Below, piece by piece: positions 51,043 through 63,622 of a DNA stretch of 64,000 nt. Positions within the stretch are counted from its first letter, which is position 1; the number at the start of each line of letters is the position of its first letter. Both the position numbers and the translations under genes were made by a program. A model generated the notes under the pieces. The model made no database searches and was not told the origin of the DNA. It was given only the letters and a program-made list of their open reading frames with translations. Source of the DNA: Octopus bimaculoides (Eukaryota); the NCBI RefSeq assembly GCF_001194135.2, contig NC_068984.1, positions 73,633,390 to 73,697,389 of the forward strand, given 5' to 3'.

Positions 51043-51140
51043 CTGTTGTACCTGCAGCCCGTTGGATTGTGAACTTTGACTTAGATTTGAAAGATGGTCT
51101 AGTCTTAGCCTGTCTGATTGGAACCTACTTGCCTTTTATG
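51043..51140 (+). CDS. CFAP47: CFAP47-like exon 11 (CH-like domain)
   Basis: ttcgtag|CT...ATG|gtaaag; (T)VVPAARWIVNFDLDLKDGLVLACLIGTYLPFM; 98 nt. Confidence 0.92.
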
Positions 51141-51159
51141 GTAAAGTATTTTATTTTAG

Positions 51160-51440
51160 CAGTTGCAGCATGGAAGGTATTTATAAGCCATTTAAAAACA
51201 CATCAAAACTGTTAGATTCACTTCAACATTTAAATTTAATTTGTTGAAGTATTTTCGTCGCATTGAGACCACGACCTGTTCACTGACAAAATCCCGATGC
51301 AGCATGGAATTTTGTCAGTGAACAGGTCACAGTCTCAAATCAACAAAAATATTTTGGCAAATTAAATTCAAATGTTGAAGAGAATCTAATGGTTTTTGTG
51401 TGTTTTAACTGGCTTATAAACACCTTCCACACTGCAACTG
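51160..51440. mobile_element. Hairpin-forming MITE-like element immediately after exon 11
   Basis: cagttgcag..cttcaacatt..gacctgttcactgacaaaat / attttgtcagtgaacaggtc..aatgttgaag..ctgcaactg, imperfect ~135-bp arms. Confidence 0.75.
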
Positions 51441-52278
51441 TTTTTGTTTCAGCACATGATCTCAGATCATGTCACTTGCTATGCAAGTACATCTCCATAA
51501 TATTTTATTTTATTTTATCTTATTTTATTTTTTGCTGTTTCTCTTATATTTTATGAAATGTAAGCTAAATCTTTCACCACTTTCATCACTTCAAAGACCA
51601 TGGTAGTTGTTAGTCAAAATTAAGGAGCTTCTAACAAGTAAACAATTTGATTAAGGTAACAGCCACATTTATTGCAACGACAGCAACAACAAGCCCTCTA
51701 ATGTGGGTCTAGGACAACTCTCACCCAAAATTCAAGCAAAACATATCTACAATAAGGAATAAATAACCAGAGAGAAAAATGTTAATCAAAATAAATTATT
51801 CAGGCAGTCACCTGACACCATATTTTGAAGTGAGTTCTAACCCTATCAGAGCTATCATTCTCTTGTAATGTGATTTTATCTGCTATTCATTGATTCTACA
51901 GCTTTTTGCTAGAGTTGATAACATAATTGCCCAACATTTGCTGAAGTAGAAATGCAATTCAACTGACTGTAGTCTTTCCCTAATATGTGCAGTCCTGATT
52001 TTATTTTTGTTATTTTGTAACTCCAAGTCAGCCCCGAATGTGCAGACTTCTGTTATGCAAGCAGTTAGGGGAAGAGGCAAAAAAAATAATGCAGCTGCAT
52101 CATCAGATCCTGGACAATCATACCTCTGTCATCATTGCAATCAGATATGTCAATCCGTCATCAGCCTTATCAACCATGAATGAGCATGCAGACGATATGG
52201 ACAACAACCTTTATAATCTTTGTCAGCAAAGCCAAGCCAAGATATATTTACATATATATACATACATACATACATATA

Positions 52279-52488
52279 TATTTCTTTATTGCCCACAAGG
52301 GGCTACACACAGAGGGGACAAACAAGGACAGACAAAGGGATTAAGTCGATTATATCGACCCCAGTGCATAACTGGTACTTATTAATCGACCCCGAGAGGA
52401 TGAAAGGCAAAGTCGACCTCGGCGGAATTTGAACTAAGAACGTAGCGACAGACGAAATACCGCTAACGTTTCTGCCAGCTCACCGCCT
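52279..52488 (-). mobile_element. SINE family C (most abundant repeat in the window)
   Basis: ggcgg(c/t)gagctggcagaaacgttagc..gagttcaaattccgccgaggtcgactttgcctttcatcc. Copies at 61252-61482 (-), 26420-26630 (-), 40470-40640 (+), 16866-17490 (three, +), 7020-7490 (-), 20290-20900 (-), 26875-27090 (+), 27320-27510 (+), 30050-30203 plus 32730-32760 (-) and others. Confidence 0.85.
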
Positions 52489-52568
52489 TATATATGTATA
52501 CACACACCCACACACACACACACATATATATATATGTATGCATACGCACACACACAAACACACACACA

Positions 52569-52600
<32 letters not shown>

Positions 52601-52913
52601 TATATATGTATACACACACACACGCACACACAAACACACACACATATATATATAATTTCGTTTTTGTATTTGGTTTGCAAGATTCTTTATGTGAATTCGT
52701 GTGTTGAAGCATATTTTATTGTTTCTGGGGAGAGTCACTCTCTTTTAGTGCCTTATTATTTCATGACACCTGCTTAAATTTCATACAGCAATATTTTGTG
52801 TCCAGAAACTATTTGCATTGCAAAACAACAATCTTTTCATCTTGAAACTATTCTGTTGTTAATCAGTATTTTTTTTGTATTTTTAATGAGCTTCTTCTTT
52901 ATCTTCTTCGCAG

Positions 52914-53030
52914 ATCTCTAGCCATATTGGTAAAGTATACACAACTCCAACTCAAAGAGAACAATATTTCCACAATGCATTGAAGATAGTCTGTGCTCTA
53001 CGTTCTCTTGGAATTGAGTACAATATTCAG
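52914..53030 (+). CDS. CFAP47: CFAP47-like exon 12 (CH-like domain)
   Basis: ttcgcag|ATC...CAG|gtagaa; ISSHIGKVYTTPTQREQYFHNALKIVCALRSLGIEYNIQ; 117 nt. Confidence 0.9.
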
Positions 53031-54926
53031 GTAGAATGTAAACCAATTTATCTTTTGCTCTTTTTTATTTCCTTTTGTTTGTATTAATTGTTGGACTGTG
53101 GCCATGCTAGAGTACTACCTTGAACACCTTTAATTGAACAAATAGACCACAATTCCTATATTTTTAAGCCTGAAACATTACTAGTCCATGAACCTTTTTA
53201 TACTACCTCATACATCTCTCACCCCCCCCCCACTCTTGCAATCTTCTACCCACCCATTCCACTTGTCATTTCCCTTATCTCTCATTTTTCCTCTAACCAC
53301 TGTCTTATTATTATTATTATTATTATTATTTTATGTTTGACTTTTGCTTTGCATTTGTACAAGTTGGATCCAAGTCTCACCCAGAGACCTCAAGAGACAA
53401 GTTAGAAGTTCATGTAGGTGTTATGCCTAGGGTACCATATATTTGAATTTGTACAGTGTTGTTCTAGAGAATGTTTTAAAATTTGAGATCACATAGACAG
53501 TATTTTACNNNNNNNNNNTGTTCACTCTTTCTAATTGCTAGTCATCACTACTTCTCCTCTGAGTTATTTTGAATGGTATGCATCCATCATTTCTATTTTC
53601 CCTCAACTCATATTTACCACGGACCAGTCCTTCATCCTTGTTCTACATTCAACCGTCCCCACACTCTTACAATCTTTACCCAACTACCCTTCTTCATCCC
53701 ATACTCTCTTCTATTCACCTTATTGTACTTTGAGGTTACATTCTAACACCTCATCACTACCATCTTTATCTCAGTTTCTAGCTCCACCCCCAACTATCCC
53801 CAACCACCCTTATATAATGTGGGGTAACCATGTATCATCTCTACATCAACAAATCTAGTCCTTTTTTTTCTTATTATACCTAGCATAAAGTTACCTCCCT
53901 CTATGCTGGGGAATTCTGTAGTCTTGTGAGTTACATGGCAACTTTGCATGTGCTGGTTCCACAAAAATTGCATCTGCCACATTCTATAAAGTAACTGGCG
54001 TTAGAAAAGACATCCAGCTATAGAAACCTTGCCAAAACTGAGACACTGGAGAAATACATGGTCCCCTGCTTCTGATACATTTCAGTGATTTTTTAACACC
54101 ATACACTTACACAAGATACTTTCTCTAGATGAATACCAAAGTTTCTTGGCTATCAACAGCAAATCTGACTTAAATATGATATACGGATTGCTGTTTTGAA
54201 CTAATATTGCTTCCATAACTAATAAAGAATTTTTATTTAGCTTGCTGGCTAATTGCAACACCAGTGATTTGTTAATCACTCTTTTTCTATATCAGTAGTG
54301 GTCAAATTTGTCTTAGCACACAGTTATTAATAGATGATTGCTACTGATGATGCTGCAAAGAAATCAGGAATGCAATTCCACCACCCACGCTAGACACTTT
54401 TCTTCCAATACTGATATATTTCTGTCTATTCTAACACTACACATCGATATGAGATGCTTTATCAAGACAAACACCAGTGTCCAGGTTTTCAACAGTATAC
54501 ATGCATTGAGTATGATATGCAGAATGATATATATTGCAGCTCTAAGAGGTTTTAACTCCTATTTCTAACAATGTACGTGCTACTCTGCACCATCAGTCAC
54601 AATTAACAACAACTGAGTTTTTCCATTTTGGTTTTATATTGCATATAGCTGCCTTCGTTATTTCATATATATGGTTAGGGCAGCGGACTCACAGTTCGAG
54701 GAATGCGGTTTTGATTCCCAGGCCGGGCGTTGTGTGTGTTTATTGAGCGAAAACACCTAAAAAGCTCCACAAGGCTCCGCCCCAACTTTCTGTCACTCTT
54801 TCTTCCTGTTTCTTGAGTAATGCTGTGACGGACTGGTGTACCGTCCAGCTGGGGGAACACATATGCCATAGAAACCAGGAAACTGGGCCCATGAGCCTGG
54901 ATAGGCTTTAAAAGGGCACATAAATA

Positions 54927-54970
<44 letters not shown>

Positions 54971-55449
54971 CAAACAAGAGAGTAAATTTCAAATGCAATA
55001 TCACTGTGAAACCAGCAGTGAAGGATTGGGTATTTACCCTTGGAAGATAGAAAAAAAAATGATGCTAATTGTTGTTGGGGGATGTTTAGATTAATGGTTT
55101 AGAGCACTCAGCTAGTCTCTGAGGGGTACCTCATTGCCACCTGTTGGCAACTTTTACGTGTCTTCTAAGGTAAATACCCAAATTTTCTTTACTGCTTTCA
55201 CAGTTGTACTGTGGGTGAAATTTACTTTCTTGTCTGTAAAATACCAACACATTCAGCTTTTCCAAAGTTAGTTTATTATATATATATACATATATATGTT
55301 TATGTGTGCATGAGTGTATATACACACACAAAGTATGGGGGTTCAGTTCACAAGTGATCTAAACGATTAGCTATGCTAGGTAACGGATTACTAGGGCTTC
55401 AAGGTTATAGCCAAGATGGTAGTTATGGAGCCATTGCAAATTTCCTAGG

Positions 55450-55503
<54 letters not shown>

Positions 55504-55599
55504 GAATAAGATAGAGTCAACAAGAAGTACAGTTTGACAGTTATTTGATAATCACTACATGTTTCCATACAACATAGATATATATCATCATCATAATCA

Positions 55600-56070
55600 T
55601 CATCATCATCATCATTTAACATCTGTTGTCCCTGCTGGCATGGGTTGGACAGTTTGACGCTAGCTGGTAAGCTGGGGAGCTGCACCAGACCCCAGTCAAA
55701 TTTAGCATGGTTTCTACAGCTGGATGCCCTTCCTAACACCAACCACATTACAAAATGTGTTGGATGCTTCTATGTGGTAATCACAGGTGTTTTTACATGG
55801 TGCTGCATGAGTGCTTTTATGTGGCACCGATACAAGTGCTTCATGCCACCAAAAGGATCGATCTTAACACTCCTGCTGCAGAGTGCGGATCTTCTTGAGT
55901 ATGGCGAGTGACCAGGTATCTCGGTCCTTTGTTATCTCACCAGAAAGGTTCAGCATCCTGAGGTCATCTTCAGGACTTTGTCCCTTGTCTTCTTGAGTCT
56001 CCCACTTCCACATTGAGAGATCAGCTCTTCTTTATGGAACTGTCGGCTTCCATCTGCATCACATGACATG
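55600..56070 (-). mobile_element. RTE LINE 3' end (ORF C-terminus plus family D 3' UTR)
   Basis: Degenerate HVMQM..SSIKK..LNVE..G.. C-terminus followed by the family D motif and a (GAT)n tail. A similar remnant (DSCVKKC..GRPKKTLGEVKHDLR) lies at about 59130-59490. Confidence 0.65.
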
Positions 56071-56102
<32 letters not shown>

Positions 56103-56167
56103 AATGTATGTGTGTATGTATAGATATGTTGTCATAAGTGTTTTTATTGTTCTCACTCTCTTCACAG

Positions 56168-56302
56168 GCGGTGGACATAGCAAACCCCAACCCGATCAAC
56201 ATGATACTCTTTTGTTCTTTTCTCTTCCACATTCTACCACAATACTGCCCCAAATCTACATTGGAATTTAAAGGAAAGCTACATGAATCAATCACTAAAT
56301 TG
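56168..56302 (+). CDS. CFAP47: CFAP47-like exon 13 (end of CH-like domain)
   Basis: ttcacag|GCG...TTG|gtaagc; AVDIANPNPINMILFCSFLFHILPQYCPKSTLEFKGKLHESITKL; 135 nt. Confidence 0.92.
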
Positions 56303-56416
56303 GTAAGCTTTACTAAAATCATTTATTACCCCATTCCTTTGATCATTTATGAAGATTATATTAGAACATTTTTTTGAACGGTAAATGATGAAGTATATAT
56401 ATATATATATATATAT

Positions 56417-57883
56417 TGTTACGAACGCCCGCACGCGAAGCACTTCCTTAACACCGAAGAGGGGACTCGCGCACGCGCGAACGTTCAACACTCAGTGAGC
56501 CAGCAAATTCGTCTGTCGGTCACCTGACCGCGATAATAAAGCCCCGGCTGGAGCACGTAACGAAGAACAACACAGGCAAATAGGACGGGGAGGAAGAAAC
56601 AACACGAAGACCATGCGTTGGGTAACCTTTTCTTTTTACATACATAACATCACAGAATACATTTCAAAACATTACAATAGAGCATTACATAATAACAATT
56701 CCAATACATGGCATAACAGTTCAATAACGTTGACAAAGTTTCCAAACAATTACAAGCTTTTCAATAATTTTTACATCGCAAAGTTTGTGTCTCAAGTTTC
56801 ATTTGACAACAAAGTTCTTCTGCTTCTTTCTTTTGTATTTCTTTTCTTTTCCTTTCTTTTAGAAGCATTTAACAACACAGTTAACAACTCAGAGTTCTTT
56901 TTCTCTAAAATAATATAAAAGTATTTACCACAACGAAGTTTGTTTCCTTCAGGTCTGCTACTTCCACTGACCAAGGCAGTCTGCCACTACAATTCCGTCT
57001 CTCTGGGACTCTATGCGTTTCTGCTGACCATAACTTTCTCTGTCAGACTTATAATTCTTCTTTCTTCATCTCTGTACAACTGCTTCATCTCCACGGGCAA
57101 ACTTNNNNNNNNNNNNNNNNNNNNNNNNNNNNNNNNNNNNNNNNNNNNNNNNNNNNNNNNNNNNNNNNNNNNNNNNNNNNNNNNNNNNNNNNNNNNNNNN
57201 NNNNNNNNNNNNNNNNNNNNNNNNNNNNNNNNNNNNNNNNNNNNNNNNNNNNNNNNNNNNNNNNNNNNNNNNNNNNNNNNNNNNNNNNNNNNNNNNNNNN
57301 NNNNNNNNNNNNNNNNNNNNNNNNNNNNNNNNNNNNNNACCATAACTTTCTCTGTCAGACTTATAATTCTTCTTTCTTCATCTCTGTACAACTGCTTCAT
57401 CTCTCTGTCCCTCTCTCTCTCTCTGGGACTCTATGCGTTTCTGCTGACCATAACTTTCTCTGTCAGACTTATAATTCTTCTTTCTTCATCTCTGTACAAC
57501 TGCTTCATCTCCACGGGCAAACTTCTGTCCCCCAACTGCTTCGGATGACTGCTACCACTCAACACAACCGATCCTGCTGGCTCCCAGAGCTCGGCTGCCC
57601 AAAATTCTCTGCTAACTGCTTTTGTCGCCAATTCTCCTTCTCCTATTCATCCCAAATACCATAGCTCATTGTGCTACTTTACCCCCTGCCAAGATGGATC
57701 GGTCAGTACATTCCTATCCTGCCGATTTTTAACTTTCGCTGACCGGAAAGGGGCAGCTACGCTAAAAATAGCTGTGGTTGTCGACAAGACAAAGGAAATA
57801 CCATTCTCCCCAACTGACCAGAGTACGGGTTCAAAACCCAGCCCGGGAAATAGGGATATAATGCTAATTGTATTTTCGGTCGT
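56417..57883. mobile_element. LTR-like element (probable solo LTR) with internal ~100-bp tandem repeats
   Basis: Starts TGTTACGA within (TA)n and ends ..GGTCGT at an N-gap, where the expected AACA is hidden. CpG-rich, so probably young. Unit ..gggactctatgcgtttctgctgaccataactttctctgtcagac.. at about 57002-57104, 57339-57420 and 57421-57523. Confidence 0.55.
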
Positions 57884-59741
57884 NNNNNNNNNNNNNNNNN
57901 NNNNNNNNNNNNNNNNNNNNNNNNNNNNNNNNNNNNNNNNNNNNNNNNNNNNNNNNNNNNNNNNNNNNNNNNNNNNNNNNNNNNNNNNNNNNNNNNNNNN
58001 NNNNNNNNNNNNNNNNNNNNNNNNNNNNNNNNNNNNNNNNNNNNNNNNNNNNNNNNNNNNNNNNNNNNNNNNNNNNNNNNNNNNNNNNNNNNNNNNNNNN
58101 NNNNNNNNNNNNTATTCTTTAGAAGCCTAGTACTTATTCTATCGGTCTCTTTTGCCGAACCGCTAAGTTACGGGGACATAAACACACCAGCATCGGTTGT
58201 CAAGCGATGTTGGGGGGAAAAACACAGACACACAAACATACGCACACATACATATATATATATACACATATATACAACGGGCTTCTTTCAGTTTCCGTCT
58301 ACCAAATCCACTCACAAGGCTTTGGTCGGCCCGAGGCTATAGTAGAAGACACTTGCCCAAGATGCTACGCAGTGGGACTGAACCTGGGACCATGTGGTTA
58401 GTGTGGTTAGTAAGCAAGCTACTTACCACACAGCCACTCCTACGCCTATATATATACAGATGTATATATACACACACACATACACACATATTCTTTTACA
58501 TGTTTCAGTCAACTGACTGTAACCATGCTGCAGCATTGTTTTGAAGGGTTTTAGTTGAACAAATTTGCACCACGAGTTATTTCTAAAGCCTAGTACTTAT
58601 TCCATTAGTCTCTTTTGCTGAACTGCTAAGTTATGGGGACTTAAACATACAAGACACAAAGCTACACACTCATAGTTATATATACACACACATACACAAA
58701 CACACACATATATGATGGGCTTCTTTAGTTTCCATCTAACAAATATACTCAGAAGGCTTCGGTTGGCCTGAAGCTACGGTCGACACTTGCCCAGGATGCT
58801 ACACAGTGGGCTTGAACCTGATACCATGTAGTTGGGAAGCAAGTTTCTTACCACACAGCTACGTCTGCACCCATAATATATAATATATATTTTGAGTTAA
58901 GATGCAAGCCCAATTTATCACAGATGCAATCTTTAATTAATGGAATCTGACTCTCTCGTCATCAAATTATTCTTGATTGTTATCTGATCTGTTGCCACTA
59001 GTCCAAATGGTCAATCCAGGAATTTTGTTATGCGCCATTTACATGACACCATCAATGGCTACAACTACGATTTCATGGATACCATTTACATGACACTGGC
59101 AATGGCCGTGACTATGATTTCACTCAGCTTGATGAGTCTTCTGAAGCACAGCATATCACCAAAGGTCCTGGTTACTTGTCATCGCTCCCGTGAGGCCTGA
59201 CATTCAAAGATCATGCTGCTGGCAATAACCACAGTTATGATTTTACAGGTGCCATTCACATGACACTGGCAATGACCATGACAATAATTTCGCTTCGCTT
59301 GATGAGTCTTCTGAAGCACAGCATATCGTCAAAGGTCTCGGTTACTTTTGTCATCACCTCCATTAGGTACAAGATTCGAAGATCATGCTTCACCTCGCCC
59401 AATGTCTTCTTGGGTCTACCAAGAGATCAGCACTTCTTTACACAACTGTCCCCATCCACAAACACCTTCTCCTCAACTTACGGCCAAGTTCCATTCCAAA
59501 TGACAGGTCATAAGTCAATCTAGTCATATGTTGGATTTATATTTTTCAACACTATCTTCATTTAAACGCAACTGATGCTTGAAAGTGACTAAGTGAGACA
59601 CAGTGGCAAGCAGCGGATGCCTGTATCTGAGGATGACCTGCATTGCGAGATGCTGTTATAGTTATTGTACATGCAGCTGGCATAGTTAACGTCCTAAAAT
59701 GAATTTTTTGTTTATTCATTTATTAGGTCATAAGTTGAGAA

Positions 59742-59783
<42 letters not shown>

Positions 59784-59799
59784 TATACAAAAATATAGC

Positions 59800-59968
59800 T
59801 AATCGTCAGATCGTAAGTAGAACAATAATTAGATATATATATCTCAGCTGACAATAAATACCAAATGAATTATAAAATAAGTATTTCATATTAATTCATT
59901 TGGTATTTATTGTTGGTTGAGATATATATATATATCTAATTATTGTTCTACTTACGATCTGACGATTA
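59800..59968. mobile_element. MITE-like hairpin in a (TA)n tract
   Basis: taatcgtcagatcgtaagtagaacaataattaga..aaatgaatta / taattcattt..tctaattattgttctacttacgatctgacgatta, ~73-bp arms. Confidence 0.8.
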
Positions 59969-59973
59969 TATAA

Positions 59974-60006
<33 letters not shown>

Positions 60007-60128
60007 TACACATGTGTGTATTTGTGTGTGTGTGTGTGTGCGTGCGCCTGCCTATGTATATTTGTGTGTTCATATATACATGTTTATATGAATGCATATA
60101 TTTTCCTTTTTTCTCATCTGTTTCATAG

Positions 60129-60392
60129 ATTAAACTTACTAATCCAAGTGTAAAGCTGCTAAACTATTCAGTTTCAATATTTGGTGAAAGTGCTTCACGC
60201 TTCAGCATCTCCAAAGGGAAAACTATTGCAATCCCAGCCAAACAAACGGTTCATTTGCCAGTTACCTATAATAATACATTTGTTGACTCCAAAACAGCAA
60301 CCCTTGTTCTTACTGGGCGCCGCCAAGGATCAGAACTTGGAACTCATCTTGTCTTCTCTCTGGTTTCTTTCACAACTCAAGTAAGCCCACAG
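60129..60392 (+). CDS. CFAP47: CFAP47-like exon 14
   Basis: ttcatag|ATT...CAG|gtaaga; IKLTNPSVKLLNYSVSIFGESASRFSISKGKTIAIPAKQTVHLPVTYNNTFVDSKTATLVLTGRRQGSELGTHLVFSLVSFTTQVSPQ; 264 nt. Alternative in-frame donor after 60380. Confidence 0.85.
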
Positions 60393-61687
60393 GTAAGAAG
60401 TTTGATTTCTTCTTTTACATAAACATCATAAGTGATGAATTAAACAAGAGAGCCTTGATGTCATGTGTGGGGCACCCATTATCTAGATTCAAATTTAAAA
60501 TTACCCACTGATGAATCTGATAAAAAAAAATCCTTATGAATAAAACCTTTGAAGCCTTGATGCCGAAGTAGAATTTAATATCAGATGCTTACCAATGACA
60601 TTTGTAAAATAAATAACATATTACATTTTCCTCTGCACAGATGCTCTCTCTTTCTCTCTCTCAGTCACATAACTGGCCCATTTAAAAGCACCCTTCAATC
60701 GTTGGGCAATATGTTGTGCTTGTGAAGATCTGTTGAACTGAGTAAAATCATAGTCATAGCTGACGCCAGTGCCGCCTGACTAGCACCTGTGCTGGTGGCA
60801 TGTAAAAAGCACCATTTGAGCATGGCCAATGCCAATGCCACTTGACTGGCTCTTGTGCTGATGGTATGTAAAAGCACCCAGTACACTCTTAGAGTGGTTG
60901 GCATGAGGAAGGGCATTCAGCTGTAGAAACTTTGCCAAACTGGAGCCTGGTGCAGCCTCTCAGCTTGCCTTTTCTCAGTCAAACTGTCTAACCCATGCCA
61001 GCATGGAAAGCAGACATTAAACAATAGTGATGATGAATACAAACACATTGATGTCAATAAAATTTGTTTGCAACTAAAATTAATGATTTTGTGAATTTTG
61101 CAAAAACGTCCGTCTTCTCTGCCCCACCCCGTATTTAATCTCATAAGAGGTTTATCTTATAAGAATCTTTTTCTATTTTACTTTTTTTTTTTAGAGTGGT
61201 AAAGAGAGAGGGAGAGAGAGAGAGAGCGAGAGAGAGAGAGAGAGTGTGTGTTATTTCTTTATTGCCCACAAGGGGCTAAACATAGAGGGGACAAACAAGG
61301 ACAGACAAAGGGATTAAGTCGATTACATCGACCCAGTGCTTAACTGGTACTTGATTTATCGACCCCGAAGGGATGAAAGGTAAAGTCGACCTCGGCGGAA
61401 TTTGAACTCAGAACGTAACGGCAGATGAAATACAGCTTAGCATTTCGCCCGATTTGCTAACGTTTCTGCCAGCTCGCCGCCTTAGAGAGAGAGTGTGTGT
61501 GTGTGTGTGTGTGTGAGGTACTTAACTTAATAGCAGTTCTTGGTGAGGATTTTGTATCTAGGACCTTATAAATGTGCAAATCATCCATTTCAAATCTTAC
61601 TGTTCACAATGCAAATAAGCATTTATTCTCGATGGGTGGGGTTTTGATTCTAATCTTCTATAGCTCAAAGTTTTGTCTTCTCTACAG

Positions 61688-61880
61688 AATGTTATCTCAG
61701 TGGATTCTCATTGTTATGAAACCCAAACAATATTGCTGGAATTACAAAACCCTTTCCCTGTTGGCGGGGAATTCTGCATATCAATGACTGAGGAAAATGT
61801 AGAGTCAGCATCTATAAAAGGTATCTACTTAGGGAAACCAATACTTCTGACAACAAATTCTCAAGATCTCAATAATCCTG
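61688..61880 (+). CDS. CFAP47: CFAP47-like exon 15 (last in window)
   Basis: tctacag|AAT...G|gtaagg; NVISVDSHCYETQTILLELQNPFPVGGEFCISMTEENVESASIKGIYLGKPILLTTNSQDLNNP; 193 nt. Confidence 0.88.
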
Positions 61881-62539
61881 GTAAGGACCATATCACTTTT
61901 TCTTTCATATTTTGTATGTTTATTTATATGCATATATTATTAGTGCTATGTGAAAAGTGCTGGCACTGGTGTCACAAAAAAGCACTCAATACACTCTGTG
62001 GAGTGGTTGGCATTATGAAGGGCATCCAGCCATAGAAACCATGCCAATACAGACAATGGAGCCCAGTGCAGCCCATAGCCTTACCAGCTCTGGTCAAACC
62101 ATCCCACCCATGCCAGCATGGACAACAAATTATATCTTCGGCCAGTTAAATTGTGATTCCTTAACAACACTATAAACTACATTTAACTAAGATATCAGTA
62201 GCTTGCTGAGTATCTCCTGTTGAGTAATTATTACATGAGAGGATCTGCTAGTGAGAAAATGTAAGTTGCCTGAAGTTTACCTGCTCCACTCCCTCAATTT
62301 GGATTTTGATTTGCATTCATAACAACTCAAGTAGCTAACCATGAACTATTAAAAAATGTTTTTCAGTTAATTGAACTTTGATATGGGAAAAGCCTAACAA
62401 ATTGCCAATAAATAATTTTTGTTCCTGAATGTTTTATACCTACCACAGACTGGTTGAAGCTTACAAATCTTCCTACTCTTAAACCCTTGGGTCTTATAAT
62501 CACATATCATGATGTATATATATATAAAAATTGGTAATA

Positions 62540-63394
62540 CAATCTATATTCCTTTTATAAATTTATTGAAACAAATGATGCATGTTCTGCATTACATGCG
62601 AAAATGAAAGTAAATCTTCATATTTTAATGTAAGCACTGGTGGCGTCAACCAATTTCTTCAAATGGCCAGGGTTGGAATGAACAACTTTTTTGAAGGACG
62701 TTGTCTGGGATATCATTGAGAACGTCCTGAATCTGTGTTCCAAGTTCTCCAGTGTGTGATCGGTGCTGCAACATCCCAGCCTCATCACTCCAGAGGATGT
62801 TTTCAAGCAATTCAGGCCAATCTTCATACAAGCCTAGCATTAACTTCCCATATTCCATTCTGCAGTTACAGTTGTCAAGTTTTAGCTCCTGCATGTAATG
62901 AGGTTTCCACGGACAAAAATTCAATTCTTTATGCAACACTTTACATATTACGTGTCTTGTTAGTCCACTTTCATGTGCTGCTTGACATGTTGATTCTTGT
63001 GGGAGGCAATTAAACACCTCCTGCACTGTTGCCACATTATCCACTGATCAGAATGTGTTTGGACAACCACTTCTTGCATCGTTCATAGAGCCTCTGGGTC
63101 ATCAGCTTTGCATGACAACTTTTTATTGTCTCCAGACATAGTGTTACATGCTTACCTTTCCATGCATGCTACCATCTCTGAATTGAAACAATGGAATTTC
63201 ATACTTCATAGTGTGCTGCTACCTTAGCTCACTCCTGAACAGTCAAGCAACCAGGTATCTGGGAAATAAGATAATAAGAAAATAAGAAATCCCCATTAGT
63301 GTTGTCTGTTTAAAAAATGTTTTCGTCATGACTTCAGTGATACTAAAAGTTCTATAAGCAATTTCCAATGCCTAGTTACTTCCCACCCACACTG
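62540..63394 (-). mobile_element. Tc1/mariner transposon relic
   Basis: Peptide ..KELNFCPWKPHYMQELK..RMEY..ENILWSDEA, then an internal deletion to a C-terminal ELGTQIQDVLNDIPDNVLQK. Right end TA|CAGTGTGGG; left TIR not recognisable. Confidence 0.75.
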
Positions 63395-63396
63395 TA

Positions 63397-63435
<39 letters not shown>

Positions 63436-63622
63436 CATCATCATCATCTTCATTTAACGTCCGCTTTCCATGCTAGCATGGGTTGGACGATTTGACTGAG
63501 TACTGGTGAAACTAGATGGCTACACCAGGCTCCAATCTGATTTGGCAGAGTTTCTACAGCTGGATGCCCTTCCTAACGCCAACCACTCAGAGAGTGTAGT
63601 GGGTGCTTTTACGTGTCACCCG

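Noticed and set aside
56997-57523. Exact copy number of the ~100-bp tandem unit
   Set aside because: Identical units flank an N-gap, so redundancy may be an assembly artefact.
57795-57850. tRNA T-arm/B-box-like GGG-TTCAAAA-CCC inside the LTR-like element
   Set aside because: No acceptor stem, D-arm or A-box could be found; not a tRNA gene.
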